A DNA stretch of 63,362 nucleotides, counting the filler, from Nemertoderma westbladi (Eukaryota; Animalia; Xenacoelomorpha): NCBI GenBank assembly GCA_032718475.1. It is 3 parts of 3 records of this genome, joined end to end, with 100 filler letters (N's around TTAATTAATTAA, not from the genome) between each part and the next. Parts side by side here need not be neighbours in the genome. Positions count along the whole stretch, not along the records: positions 1 to 27,736 come from JAUCBJ010005068.1; positions 27,837 to 54,534 come from JAUCBJ010001869.1; 1 more part is not named here. One strand, 5' to 3'. The first letter of the stretch is position 1. The number at the start of each line of letters is the position of its first letter. The position numbers and the translations under genes are program-made. The notes under the pieces are model-generated. The model made no database searches and was not told where the DNA came from. It worked only from the letters and a program-made list of their open reading frames with translations. Of the stretch, positions 24,967 to 38,740 are shown one piece after another.

Positions 24967-25749
24967 AGCGTTGATACGAACCAAACGAAATACTATAAAT
25001 CAAAAAGTAACTTCATTAACTACAGGTAGGCCTACTACAGTACTGTACCTCCATTTGAAACGTTACTTATGTTTAATTTAATCAGTTAAAATGTTAAATA
25101 TTTCCAATTTCCTATTTTTTAAATATGATTATTAACAGAATTTATATAAGTAAAACTAACAACTATCAATTAAAAAACATTCTTGAACAATGGCATTTGT
25201 GCTGTCATGTTAATTTGTTAGCAAAATTATCAGTTTCCTTTTCTTAGACTGTCCAGCCCAAGGGGTCTTAAATACTTAAATACTAAATAATAATTATTAA
25301 ATAATTATAATATATCTTAGTAACCAAGTGAAAACAACCTTCAAAGTTAGCAGTAATGATATTGTCCTTAGCAACAGGCTTTAAACGGGCGTAATGCAGT
25401 GGTCGTAGCGTCATGGGAACAGAGTCTACCACCAATATATCAAGTATAAGGACAATATCCAATATTTTCAAGTTTCTAGTTGCCATGGCAACGGGTAACT
25501 TTGGCTAGAAACGGGCGATATATTAGCCGTACCGTCAATAAATCAACCTCCACCCCCACTATATCGATTATAATTAAAAATATGCAATATGTTTTAGTTT
25601 CTAGATGCCATGGTAACTTGTCAGAATTGACGATGTATATTTTTCATATCGCTTAGCTGTTTTGACTACATAAAAGAGAGCATTCGAATTTTTCAATTTT
25701 TGTCATTTAAGAGAGGTTGCCATGTTACGTATAGCACATGCTTCCTCTA

Positions 25750-26085
25750 GCGACAGACTGGAGAACTGTGGGCCGATCAATCTCCTCACAAAGTCGCAGC
25801 ATGTGGTCTATGCCAAGCCAAGATTCAGCTTAAACGGATTTAACCTTGACACCGAATCACATGTGGGGCGCCCCCCTATAGTATGAGGGTACTAGAAACT
25901 GCGGAGGATACAAAGACCACTCTCTACGTAAAGGCAGAACCACAGAGGAGAGCAGACTTCGCTCCCATTGTAGTCTCCTGTGACGGCGTATTGGCTCCAC
26001 AGTCTAATAAGATCCTGAGGATCTTACATACAAAGTAATTGGAATCGTCCCTACAGCACCATCATGGGCTGGGTCCGCACGTTTT
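25750..26085 (+). mobile_element. CRE-clade endonuclease (RLE) fragment, second subtype
   Basis: VLETAEDTKTTLY...RRADFAPIVVSCDGVLAPQS...WNRPYSTIMGWVR. Confidence 0.7.
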
Positions 26086-26149
26086 TGACCGCAAGTGAAA
26101 TAATGTATAGTTTATTTGTTTTGGTTAGAAAATACCGACACTGTAACCT

Positions 26150-27590
26150 GCTCCTTTCCATTAATGTTTTTAATTAAATTAATCAAAATTTTTGAAACCC
26201 ACTAAAATTTATTTTGTTTTGCGGTCATTTCGCGCCATTGACTCGTGATAGTTGTGTTCTAAAATAGAAATCCTACCAAACATTCCTAAATTTCCATCTA
26301 TATTAATATTTTAACTTGTAGCTACTGTAGTGTTTTTTTATTAGCTAGTATTTTTTGAAATTTTACATTTTTTTGTTAACATTATTAGTTATGGTACTGT
26401 AGCTAGTATTGGTACTACTATGTTATGGGTACCCACTTTTTAAACAAATTTATTCATATGAAAATTGCTTTTATCATGAGGTTTTTTGTTCTAGAACAAG
26501 TATTTAACCTTCTGCCAGTACGATGGTAGCTAGTAATTTTGATTTTGTGTTATAGCTAGTACTTTTTATTAGCTAGTGAAAAAAATTATAATGGAAAAAT
26601 TGAAAAAAAATTTGACCAACTATTTTCTTGTAAAAATATATTTTATTTTGAAGTTTTTTATCTAGAACAAATATTTGACCTTCTGACAGTAAGATGGTAG
26701 CTACAGTAGTACTATTAATTTTGTGTTAGCTAGTACTATTTATTAGCTAGTAAATGTAAGATATACTGGTAATTTAATTCTCAATTATATATTTGCATGG
26801 AATAATTTATGAGTCATGGCAGCTAGTAATTTTTATTTGATAGTCAACGTAGCTAGTAATTATTCACTAGCTAGTTTTTTTATACAAAATATGAGATACA
26901 GATGTAAAAATAGAGTTTTTACATATTTTACTTATTTAGGCCTATTTTACTTATTACTAGATTTATTTATCTTTTTATTAGTCATTTCTACAGTAGAATA
27001 TATTGATGATATGGAAATTGTCTAAATAAAAGGGGCACTACAAAATTTCTTTTCTAATTTTAAGATCACTATCTATCTACCTTTAAAAACACTAGCTACC
27101 ATAATAAAAAAATAATAGCCATTAACATTGTCAAATAAATGGTCAAAAAGTGGGTACCCATAACATAGTAGTACCGCTAGTATTTTTATGGTGCTAGTGA
27201 ATTATTTACTAGCTAGTACTAATAGTACCGGTACGTATTTAAAATGTTTAAATCTTATTTTTTTAATATGTTGCTTATGTACCGGTATATGCGTGTTGTT
27301 GATTAGTTAACAAGCCTAAATTATTACCGGTATCTTAGAATAATAGCTGGATCGCAATCAGGGACATTTTGGATTCAGAAACCTGTATATGATGTTCAAA
27401 AAATATCCAACTATTTTTAATATTAGCTGTAAACTGTTATAATATCAGGAATATTTTTGATCATTAATATATTCTGCAACAGTTTAGGCCTAATTCTGTA
27501 AAATATCAATGTTTTCACAAATTTCTATTATAATTTCAAAAAAATTCTAGCTAGTAAAAAAAAACACTAGCTACCTTAATAAATAATATC
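26150..27590. repeat. AT-rich foldback MITE-like repeat with TAGCTAGTA motifs (relatives at ~43130-43610 and ~48440-49120)
   Basis: Inverted pair GTACTACTATGTTATGGGTACCCACTTTT (~26412) / AAAAGTGGGTACCCATAACATAGTAGTAC (~27146); blocks shared with 48660-48990. Confidence 0.65.
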
Positions 27591-27736
27591 TTGTGTTCGC
27601 GCTTTCAGACCTTTGGCAGTTTAACCCACCAAATTAAGATGTCTTCTAGGTATTAAATCTGTTTTTAGTCTATGACAAGTATTTGATTCACTACACTAGT
27701 CGAAACCAATCCGTGCGCGACCATTCACCCGCTGGA

Positions 27737-27836
27737 NNNNNNNNNNNNNNNNNNNNNNNNNNNNNNNNNNNNNNNNNNNNTTAATTAATTAANNNNNNNN
27801 NNNNNNNNNNNNNNNNNNNNNNNNNNNNNNNNNNNN
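27737..27836. other. Artificial contig linker
   Basis: N44-TTAATTAATTAA-N44, stops in all six frames. Confidence 0.97.
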
Positions 27837-30800
27837 TACGTGGCCTACCAGGCCGCCGTCGGGTTGGCTCAACCCTGCCACCTCCTGCCTACTAAGCACG
27901 TGGCCTACCAGGCCCCCATCTGCCGGGTTATGTACGTCCGACACACTCATATTAATAGCACCATTCCCAATATTATCTGTTAAATCAATTAAATTATTAC
28001 AATTTGAAACGGGATTATTATTTAAATTATTTAAATTAGAATTATTATTATTTTCAAAATTTAAATTATTATTCGAATTATTTGAAATATTCTGAATATT
28101 TGAATTAATATTTGAATTTAAATTTAAATTACCAGGTAAAATATTTCCTGTAATAAAGGGATTAGGGTTATCTACTACGGTACTATTAATACCAACATTT
28201 CCTAACGTACTACTATTACTACCCCCCCCCCCCCCCCCCCCCCCGCCCGTACGGCTACTATACGCACTGAACATGTACCGCACGCTCTGTTCCCTTACCT
28301 CACGCTCTGTGCTTATAAGTGGGGGCTCACTCTCTGATATTTTCAACCACGCCAGTTCTAGTCGGCGCTGGTCTAGTTTGGCTTGATATTGTGCAAGCCT
28401 CCCTAGCTGAGCATGCAAATCTTCCCGTTCACGCTCTATCTCTATCTCTCTCTCTCGGTTATCCTGCTCGAACAACTCAACTCTCGCAATTATCTCAAGC
28501 CACGTCGCTGGCTCGTCCCCTACTCTCATCTCCCGCTCTATACACTCCTCGACTCTCTTTCTATACTCCCTCGCCACCTCTCCTAACTTCTCTGAGTATG
28601 CGGTTTTATCCCTCAATTGTCTCTCTAACCCATTCTGCTTATTCGCCGCCATTTCTATTTTATACATCAGATTTATCTCCCGCACCCTTCTTTCTTTTGC
28701 GGAGGATGTAGCAGACTTATCGGATGCGACGGACTCCCGTCGCCCCTCCGTCCCACTAACTTTCCCCCGCCTCCCGGAACTTCCTCCGACCGACGAGACC
28801 GAATCCTCGGGTTTAACCTCGGATTTGCCCTCCTCAGGCCAATATTATTTGTTAAATCAATTAAATTATTAGAATTTGAAACGGCATTGTTATTTAAATT
28901 ATTTAAATTAGAATTATTATTATTTTCAAAATTTAAATTATTATTCGAATTATTCTGAATATTTGAATTAATGTCATTATTTGAATTTAAATTTAAATTA
29001 CTACTACCAGGTAAAATATTATTTGCTGCAATAAAGGGATTAGGGTTATCTACTACGGTACTATTAATATTAACTGTCTCTAGCGTACTACTACTACCCC
29101 CCCCCCCCCCGCCCGTACGGCTACACCAATTCTGGTTCTCTCGCCCGGTGTCTGTAAGTGGGGTCTCACTCTCTGACAGTTCCAACCGCGCCAGTTCTAG
29201 TCGGCGCTGATTCAGTTTGGCTTGATGTTGCATAATCCCCCTTAGTAGGGCATGCAAATCATCCCGCCTGCGCTTACACTCTATCCCTCTCTGTCGCATA
29301 TCCTGCTCGGCCGACTCTGCCACTCTCGCAACCATCTCAAGCCGCCTCGCCGGCTCGTTCTCTACTCCCATCTCTCGCTCTCTACACTCCTTGGCTCTCT
29401 CTCTAGACTCCTCGGCTTTCTCTCTATACTCCCTTTCCGACTCTCCTAACTCCTCTGAGAATGCGGTTTCCTCTCTCAATTGTCTCTCTAACCCATCCTG
29501 CTCATTCGCCACCATTTCCAATCTACACTCCAGATTCATCTCCCGCACCCTTCTTTCTTTTACGGAGGATGTAGCAGACTTATCGGTTGCGACGGACTCC
29601 CGCCGCCCCTCCGTCCTACTAACTTTCCCCCGCCTCCCGGAACTTCCTCCAACCGACGAGACCGAATCCTCGGAGTTAACCTCGGATTCGCCCTCCTCAG
29701 GTCTCTTCCAACCCACTAATTTTACTCCCCGGGCATCGACTAAGTATGGCCCTACGTACACTACGCTAGGTTCCATACCCCCACATTCCCATATTTCAAT
29801 CAGTTCGTTGGCAATTCCCCTCGCCCTCTCCTCGGCTAGTTCTCTCTGCCCAAAACGCATTAGGTAATCAAAGTATCTGCTCGACTCACCTAGTCCTCTT
29901 GCCAATCTCACCTTGTCTATCTTCGCCCTTCCTCTGGCGTCTCTCAGTTGCTTCCGGGTCGCGAGGTAGGCCCGTCGAAGTCGATCAGAAACCCCGACGT
30001 CCTCGTCGCCGACCTCTCCTCCGTCTCTCCGGGCCCGACGTCGTACCGGCGGCCCCACCGTCGCCGTTCCGGTGGGTCGTCCGTCGCCCTCGGCCTGTGG
30101 CTGGCCGGCGACATCGGTACGTCGACCCTCGCTCCGCGTCGACTCGTCTTTCTCCCTTCCCGTCTCGTCCTCTCGCTGTAGACGGCCCCCCTCGTCTCGG
30201 ATCGCCGGATGGCCCGTTCTCGATGGGTTCGGCGTTGTGGGTGCATACCGTCTCGTCGCGGCCTCGTGGATCGTTAGATCGCCGTCCGGGGTCCGCGGCG
30301 GTGTCGTTCCTTTCTCTCGACTCATCTTCGTCTTTGGTGGCTGGCAGCCACAGTCTGTCAGGGCAGCTGGGCGGATCTGATTCTGTCACTGTCAGGGCAG
30401 CTGGGTGGATCTAATTCTGTCACTGTGACGGGATCTACGGATCCCGGTTTATCCGTTGGGTTTTCTATCCACGCGTCCCCGCCGTGTGTGAAAGGTAAAA
30501 GAGTTCTGATGTTCGGTAATATGTATAAAGGTATAATAGTCTGATATAGCACAGTATAGTATGACACGGTTACCGGTAGATAAGTATGATGGCGGTAGCG
30601 GACGGTGACAGAAGTCCCCGTTCCACCCTACTGATCTGACTGAGTAAACTAAACTGAATAGGGAAGCACCAACAGGTAATATATGTACTGCACAGTTGGC
30701 CATATTACTGTACCTAGTCGATGCTGTCCCCCCATTGGCTAATATCCCACTTCTCGCCCTTTCACCTTCCCTGGTGTGTTTCCCGTTGCCCCTGTTGTTC

Positions 30801-30972
30801 TCTCTCTGTTAGGGGTTTGGCCCCTGACCCTTATTGTGTGTGTCTCCTTTGGGGCCTATTGTCCCCGTTTACTGGGGTGACACGAGGTTGATTGGTAATC
30901 AACCTCGTGCTCCCAATATTGCTCAACGGCTTACTTTGTGGGTTCATGTTAGCGGAATTGGATAAGCTAACA
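27837..30972 (-). mobile_element. LTR retrotransposon 5' part: LTR (30424-30972) plus gag-like ORF with ~865-bp internal duplication, cut by contig end
   Basis: LTR TGTTAGC...CCCGTCACA homologous to the solo LTRs; ATG at 30325; EDSVSSVG-Ser-rich-coiled-coil-Asn-rich module present twice. Confidence 0.8.
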
Positions 30973-33057
30973 ATAACAAGCAAAATTACTGTAAGGAATA
31001 AACTTGGGGACATGAATGTTGTAAAATACTTGCATAAACTCTGAATAATAAATATTACGCTACCCTTACATATTATTCAAACAAAACGCAAATGCTGACA
31101 GACTACCGCCAAGCCTAAAATAAACCACAGTATATGCAGTCTCCAAAATTGTTTGTTAGTAAGCATTCTAGACTATGTAGTACAACATATTCTTTAGTGG
31201 GGGATTTACCTTACAACTTTTGAAGCCACCACTTCCTAACTAGCACTTTATTGGACCAATAACCTACACACACTGTAATCCACTTCAGACCTTACAACAA
31301 TCAAACAACAATTCAGCCTATGGGTTACTTTTACAATCCGAGCAGGTTTACACGCCTTCTGCACAATACTACACTTACCGGTAAACAAAGCCAACAGAAA
31401 TATGTAAACTATAAAAGAAATAAGGGATGTACAGGCCCTAGTCTCCTAAACAGCCCACGAATATACAAATATATAACAATCGAATTAATACTGCTATGCA
31501 GTACCGGACCGGTACCGCTAAGCCATTACCGTCCGACAGGTACATTATGGTTTTATTGCCTACGGAACAAAAAAATAAAAAATATATTAATGTTCTCACT
31601 TTTAGACCTTTAACAGTTTAACCTGCTAATTTAAGTGTCTTATGAGTTGATAATCGCCCGTACTAATTGACATCAGTTGAAGCCAGTCTAGCGCGGCGTA
31701 TGACCCACGGGTGTGGGAGACTGGATTCTATTGCAGAGAGAGGAATAGGCTATTTTGTATTATTCAATTGATCACTACTATATAATCTCCGACAACTATA
31801 TTTACTTTCAGGGAAATATTAACAGTTCGGTGGGGCGTGGCACTTTAAGTATGGCCGTGAGATAACGCAAATGGCGCATTCTTTAGGAATGCTTTATTAA
31901 CCTTCACACTCAATTTCTTTACTAATAATCACACTAACACACACTGATCTGCCGACTGTCACCGATTTTAGTCATTTATAAATAGGATTGCAACTCACAT
32001 ACATTGGGGTTATAAAATAGCATTAAATTCATACAGACCACTATAAATAAATTGAGCTACAATTGCTACTGATACACCCTTCAGCTTACATCAGTAATTA
32101 AGAAAGTTAAAGGGGATTTAACGGTTATTCATCAGTATTCTCCAAATATAACATCCATTAATATATATAACAGCAACTAACAATAGTATAAAACAGTAAA
32201 AAATGGTGTTAGCGGTGCAACAGCAGTGTTGCAGTATCAGAATTCAGAATTGTGCAGAATTTATGTATCGAATTATATGAAATGTTTGGTATGTATTCGT
32301 TAATAGATTTGCGTTCTTATTACTCTCTCAAGCCACTGATGTTTCCAGGCGAAGTCAGAACAGCCAGAAAATCAGAATGAATGAATTCAGAGAAATTTGC
32401 CGCATTGTGTCATTTTACATATGCTACAGAGCACAGGTAAAGGGAGATCGCTCTGATTGGCTGAAATATGTCAACAACTAACACAGATCCTACACACAAA
32501 GAAACAGCTGGTAGATTTCGTCATCTCAGCTCTGAGCTTGGACAGATGCGTAGTTGCATTAGTTTATAAGTCCTTTATAGTATTTCAGCGCATTGCTCAA
32601 AATGACTTTATTTTGTCCGTAAAAGCTTTTACATAAAGGTTTAGGCAGCCATTCTCCAAAGCGTTTGGCTGTTTGAGATAGATACGCTAAAACTACATGT
32701 TCTGAGTTTGCAGTATATTTTAATGTAAGTGACCAAAATGATTTATCGAATTAAACTAAATAAAGTAAATCAAGACTTAAACAGTAAGTTAAACATTAAA
32801 TAATAAGTTGTACAGAATAAGAAGAAGTAGTAGTGGGTGATAACCGAAGGGCAAATGGTGCCTTATATAGGAAATCCTAAGCATAGAATCGCACTACAAT
32901 ATTCTACCACATTCCATGGGCTCACATTGGACCAATAAATTATCAACACATAGGCCTATGATTGGCCCAACTAATCAGTTCATGTCTTGTACGCACTCCA
33001 TTGGCTTATCTAACTCAACGAAACAGAAAATAAATTGCACAAAATGTATATTTTACC

Positions 33058-33140
33058 AACCCAGATTCGAACTCTCGACCTATCTTATGTGTACGCATGC
33101 TGTATACCTGCGCGCTAACCTACTGGGCCACTGGATCAGT
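33058..33140 (-). mobile_element. tRNA-derived SINE-like head
   Basis: Minus strand A-box TGGCCCAGTAGG and B-box GAGTTCGAATC; no convincing cloverleaf. Confidence 0.5.
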
Positions 33141-33721
33141 AGCAACTTTTGCCGAAATATACTAAACATAGGTAATATACGAATTTATAACAAACTGTAA
33201 GGCAAGGCCAATACGTCGGATTTTAAAAGTTTTTTTACGTTGTACTAATTACAAATAGCTATCTAACCGTGAAATATTTCCACATGCAGAGTTCAGAGTA
33301 TTCAGTTATTCGCGACTATTCAGCCATATCATGTACCGGTACGGTACCTTAATCTTATTAAACATATGTTTTACATTATGGTACCGGTACTTTTACAGTG
33401 GTACTGGTACAGAGTTACCAGTACCGTCTTCAGGTCGTTGGGGCCACCCTCAAATCGGTTCGGCAAAGCCAACCATGCAGCCATGAAAGTTTTGAAATTA
33501 TGCGGACTTAAGACTGACTGACATATTGGCAGGTTGTACCAGCTGACCTATATTCCATGTTCCGGTATCCACTACTGCACTAGGTACCCCAACAGCCCAA
33601 TACTGCAATACCCAGCAACGTTTTGGAATTGTACTGGTACTCAAACAACTCTCCATCAAGGCCACCGCCTCTGTCTGTCGTAGTGTTGTTGGCGACCTCG
33701 ACTTTTGGTATCACTACTGTG

Positions 33722-35775
33722 CTACTACTACTAGCATCGGCATGCTGCATTGCAGCTGCATTTTTAAGAATGCTGTGCCGGCTTATCAACAAAATTGCAC
33801 CGCCACAACTCCCTATCACCCATGACATTTGCTAGATCATCCGCATCTTTAAGGCCAGTGTCCTTTAAGATGCGTCTCAAGAAAGTCATGGGCTGTCCAC
33901 CATGCTTATTCACTCCATGAGGCTGCCAAAGTACAAGATTATGCACTGGCTGGTCCTCACGGCGAAAGCAATGTCCTGCAAAGCGGAGGCGATTTTGTTC
34001 TAGTGTCAAGCTTGGGGGAACCAATGAGACACCTCCAATGTTATATAGTGTCTGGTTGGAGATGTGTGCATTGTACTTGACACAATGTACCCGGCGTAGC
34101 ATTCTTGTGAATGTGCCATCCAGAGATTTGGTGTCCTCAGCAGTTAGAGCCCAGCATGGACTCCCGTAGAGGAGTACTGGAACTACTGCTGCTCTAAATA
34201 ATCGGACCTTAAGTTTCCGATTAATTCTAGGTGACTTCCAAATCCTGGAAAGCCTATTCAAGGCTGCCCATGCCTTTCCCTTACGTATTCGAAGGTCCTC
34301 ACCTGACTTCCGGATCCATGATCCCAGGTAACAGAAGTCGTCCACATGCTCAAGCATACCATCCTTTGAGCTTATGCTCATCCGATCAGAGACTTGCTGA
34401 GGACTTTCAAAGTTAACTGTCAGAATTTTGGTCTTTCTGGAGTTAATAAAAAGACCAACACTAGAAGCAGCATGTTCTAATGAGCTGAGGAGCCGCTGGG
34501 CTCCCTCTAATGATTCTGAGAGTACTCCTAAGTCATCAGCAAAGTCTAGATCAGTTAGGTACTTGGCAGGATTTCCTCGACTTCTGGAGCCAGTAGGTGG
34601 AGTTATCATCACCCCATCATCATTATGATGATCTAAGGACATGCGTAGAACATAGTCAACCACAATAATGAACAAGAATGGTGCAAGTGTGTCTCCTTGG
34701 AGGACGCCCCATAACACTTCAAATGGTTCTGTGTCACCGTCAACAGTAGACACAAATGTTGTCGAACCATCGTATACTGATCTGATTGCTGCAATAATTT
34801 CATCAGGAATCCCATATAATGAAAGTATGCTGAACATACGTGAGCGAGAGACTGAATCAAAGGCCTTGAAGAAGTCAACAAAGATAACAGCCAGATGCCT
34901 GTCTTTCTTTTTTGATAACTCTTCAATTATCCTTCTAAGTGCCAAAATGGGCTCCATGGTCCCACGACCTTTACGGAACCCATTCTGATTTCCACGTAGC
35001 AGTCTCTCAATGGGATCCCTGATGCGATTTAATAGAATTCTATTGTATAGTTTTGCAGCAATCGAGATCAATGAGATTCCCCGAAAAGAACCATAGAGTG
35101 TTAGGTTGCCCTTCTTGGGAACTGGCACCAACTTATTTGTTTTCATTTCTTGTGGGACTCTTGTTGTACGGTACATGTCTACTATGATGGGATAGATGAG
35201 CTTTAAACACTCAGGTATTTTAAAGACCTCAGGGGGAACGCCATCTACTCCACTGGCACGATTGGTCTTAATGCTCTTTGCAGCAGCCTTCACTTCTGCA
35301 AAGGAGATATCGCCAATGGGAATATCTGGGAGTACAGACTCAGACACTTTTACTTCTATAAAGTTATCAGGCAATACCCTGTCATTATTGAGGAGCTTTT
35401 CAAAGTGGGCTTTCCAACCATTGAGGCGATCGGCTGGTGATTCAGCCTTAACCTTGGTGGTTGGTTGGCTTTTCCGCCCAGTAAGCAGATTGATCGATTT
35501 CCATGCCTGGGATGATTGCCTGCTGTCGTCAGCATCATTGATGGCATCAACCTGTTGGTTTATTAGCTTCTGTAGATTAACAGAGTACTGCCTGTTCAGG
35601 GACCTAGATGCAGCTTTAACTGCATTCTTGGCCGCTGTGCTAGCGCTACGGGCAAACTGGACTAACTGATGAGCGAGACCCGAAGACTGAAGAATGCATT
35701 GAATTTTTTGAGTAGTTTGACTGTGGACTTCTATGACATCGATGTCAAGCTGCCAATGCGAGCGTTTTTTTTTTT
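33722..35775 (-). mobile_element. RTE-group LINE, 5'-truncated, RT frame intact
   Basis: PVPKKGN, RGISL, NQNGFRKGRG, FVDFFKAFDS, GVLQGDTLAP, FADD, YLGS, RLRFAGHC; (TAG)n tail; frame stays open upstream of the listed ORF to ~35775. Confidence 0.92.
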
Positions 35776-35990
35776 AAGTAAAATTTTGTTCATTGTATAT
35801 TTAAATTTCTTAAGTACCGATTTTGGGATAGAATTGCTCAATTTTAATCTGTATCTAATAACTGGGCCTCGTCCTGCATATACATACACATATACATATA
35901 TGCATATACACATATGCATTTACAACACATATAGTATGTGTTGTGATCCAATTACTTTCCAGTATGAATGAATGATATGATACAACTTAC

Positions 35991-36113
35991 CACAGTCAAT
36001 TCCATCACCAACGTAACCAGTATTACACCGACATGTAAAACTCCCAATAGTGTTTGTGCACTCAGCATTTACATTACAGTTGTTTTCGTTGGTATCATCG
36101 CATTCATTGTAGT
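35991..36113 (-). CDS. Calcium-binding EGF exon (fibrillin/uromodulin-like gene)
   Basis: TTTCAG|ACTACAATGAATGC...G|GTAAGT; DYNECDDTNENNCNVNAECTNTIGSFTCRCNTGYVGDGIDC; phase 1-1; not in ORF track. Confidence 0.9.
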
Positions 36114-36599
36114 CTGAAAAAATAAATTAATTAAGATGATGCAAATTTGACAATCTTTGCGTGCACTTACAAGAGCATAAATACAAATCCATCACCAGAT
36201 TTAATATCTATAATCGGCATGCTGTATTGAAGCTGCACATTGAGATGCTGGCTTAACAAAAAATATTTTGCCACCACCATGCATCCACAATTGGCATGCC
36301 CAATGCAGCGTGCATTAAGAATGCTATGCCGGCTCATCAGCAAAGTTGCACCGGCACAACTCCCTGTGGCGGTTTTACCCTGGGTTTATCCATAGTTTTA
36401 TGTTTATATTTCATTAATTTTGAAAAGTTAAATCATCTTTTAGATGTAATTCGATACAAAACACTACATAAAAATCAACATAAGAATGATAACAACAAAA
36501 TGAGAAAGCTGGGGGGGGGGGGGGGTGTGGTGTAAGTTAGTCTGTTCCGTCCGGGTGGGGGAGGGGGGGGGGGGGGGGGTGTGGTACTAGGGACCATGG

Positions 36600-36975
36600 A
36601 CCACCTCATAGAGTCTCTCGTTGTTAGTGAGTGAGGGGTCCACGGTCCCCATAATGGAGGCCACATTGCCGACCAGGATGGCAACAGCCAGTCTCTGCAG
36701 GAGGAAGCCCCGAGGTTGGGGTCCTGGGTAACAGAGTGGAGTCTTGCCCCGATCTCCTTGAGGAACACGGATGTTTCAGGGCCAGGGCGGCCCAAGGTCT
36801 CGCAGGCTACCGGGTGGAAGAGGTAGCCCCGGTCCATGAGTTCCTGGTACTTGCGGATCGTTGGAGTTTCCGCTTCCTCTGCAGCCTCCACCGTATAGCA
36901 TTTGAGAAAGGTGGCTGGGCGCCAGTGGGTCTGCCACCATCACGTCCCACGTGAGGAACAGTCCGCGGCTCCATA
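36600..36975 (-). mobile_element. CRE-clade RLE 3' fragment
   Basis: WSRGLFLTWDV...AAEEAE...RKYQEL...FHPVACETLG..GPET..FLKEIG...QRLAVAILVGN. Confidence 0.8.
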
Positions 36976-37103
36976 GGTGTTCTTTATATGGTTTTGTGTT
37001 CTAAACAGCCCATTATAAAGTATATAATAAATTAGATAAGTGTATATCAATTAATTAACGCAACTGCAGTATAATTAGATAAGGTAAATAAAATCGACAA
37101 GTT

Positions 37104-37667
37104 TGTGAGCGTATTCAATTCCGCCTCACTAACCCCATAAAGTTGGCGTCAAGCAATATTGGGAGTACGAGGTTGATTGCCAATCAACCTCGTATCATCC
37201 CAATAAACGGGGCGACAAACCCCAAAGGAGACACACACAATGGGGGTCAGAGGTTATACCTCCAGGGGAGAGAGAATAACAGTAGCGGGGGAGAAACACT
37301 CCTAGAGAGATGGGAGGGTGAGAAGTGAGCTATTAGCCAATGGGGGGCAGGCATCGGCTGAGTAATATGGCCAACCCGTGCAATATATATATTACCAGTT
37401 GTGTCATTTCATTCACTCAGTTATCTCAGTGCAGTCAGGGCAGAGCGGTGACTTTGTTACCGTCGTCGCCACCATCATCCATCAGTACTGCTGTATACTT
37501 AGGCCTATTACTATCATCAATTGGGCTAACTCAGTTATCTCATATATCATATACATACTGACATATATTATCAATAACGTCGGAAGAACTACAATAACTC
37601 ACTTTACACACTGCGGGGAGGCGTAAGCAAACAACCGGATAAATCGGGGTCGACCGATCCCGTCACA
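37104..37667 (+). mobile_element. Solo LTR with 5-bp TSD AAGTT
   Basis: TGTGAGC...CCCGTCACA; AAGTT at 37099-37103 and 37668-37672; CCAAT and TATA-like boxes; homologous to 30424-30972. Confidence 0.9.
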
Positions 37668-38199
37668 AAGTTCGATTTAAATTCATTTAATTTTATACAG
37701 TATGTAGCTTTAATCACGTATATTTTATAATAAAACCGCAATGTATTTAATTACGGTGTCAAAAACATATAAATCTAGTATTTGCCGTTATATAATATCT
37801 ATTGAATCTACTTAATAATTTTGCTAATTTCGCCTGTATTTCTATATTAATTCGTATTTGTGCATAAATTTACGTTTAAATTTCGCTTTTAATAATTGCC
37901 AAATTAATTTAGGGCATTTTTGCTTCAAAAATTTGACTTTGATAATTGATTACTGCTACTGATTAATGATTTTGATTAATTCTGATTGCATTTTAACTGT
38001 TACAATGTAATAACTCTCAGTAATCTTTGTTTCTTCGATTGACTGCCAGACTATTAAACTATTAAACTACGCTACAAATAACCTTTGTATGTATTAAAGT
38101 CCATTTATTTTTCATTAGTGCACACTAAATTATGATAGGGTCTGGAACTGTGGAGTTTTTCCTTCGATACTTATATTGAAAAAAATCCGGGTTCAAGTC

Positions 38200-38740
38200 G
38201 ACAAAATAATTCGAGCTATAACTTTTATCGATTGGGATGCACGCACATTCAATCCCTATCTACAAACAATTACAAATACTTCCGTTGCAATCCCTGTACA
38301 AACTTAATATAGGAAAATTAATGTTTGACGCTTATTATGAGAAACTTCCAGTAGGATTAGCGGACATATTTAGATAGTCAAATATCCGTTACACTCGCCA
38401 GAACACCAACAGTGCGGTTTTTTTATACGACGTTTTAACACAGTTAAAGGACAATTCTCGATTCGGTATAACGGTCCTTTAATATGGAACGATATTCCAA
38501 ATAATATTAGTCTACAAAAGATAATCCACCTTAATATACCGTATTAAATAATAATAACAATATTTCTTTACTTTCTTTTCAAATAATATTTCTTATTCTT
38601 ATTATTAATGTTATCTTATACTTTATTACTCAGAAGGCCAGTGCCTATCAAGCTTCGGCTTACCAACTGGTCTTCTGGCCTTTTCTCAACTCACCCCATC
38701 ATACTAACATGTATGCGTTTAATAACAAATAAATACTGTA
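38200..38740 (+). mobile_element. CR1/L2-group LINE 3' remnant
   Basis: YTRQNT...GQFSIRYNGPLIWNDIPNNI C-terminal motif; 3' hairpin GAAGGCCAG...CTGGCCTT; AAATAAATA end. Confidence 0.6.

Noticed and set aside
27737-27836. Palindromic TTAATTAATTAA inside N gaps (also 54535-54634)
   Set aside because: Artificial six-frame-stop linker; adjacency across it has no biological meaning
30330-30423. Primer-binding site after the LTR (34-bp duplication; partial tRNA-Leu/Arg similarity)
   Set aside because: Only imperfect matches; cannot assign a tRNA without the genome's tRNA set
32855-33010. Three CCAAT boxes plus TATA on the minus strand
   Set aside because: No downstream gene or LTR boundary identifiable; probably repeat-internal
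33058-33140. Functional tRNA gene
   Set aside because: A/B boxes present but no consistent cloverleaf; treated as a SINE head
35660-35695. CTGATGAG hammerhead-like core
   Set aside because: No matching GAAA or stems; it is the antisense of RTE coding sequence
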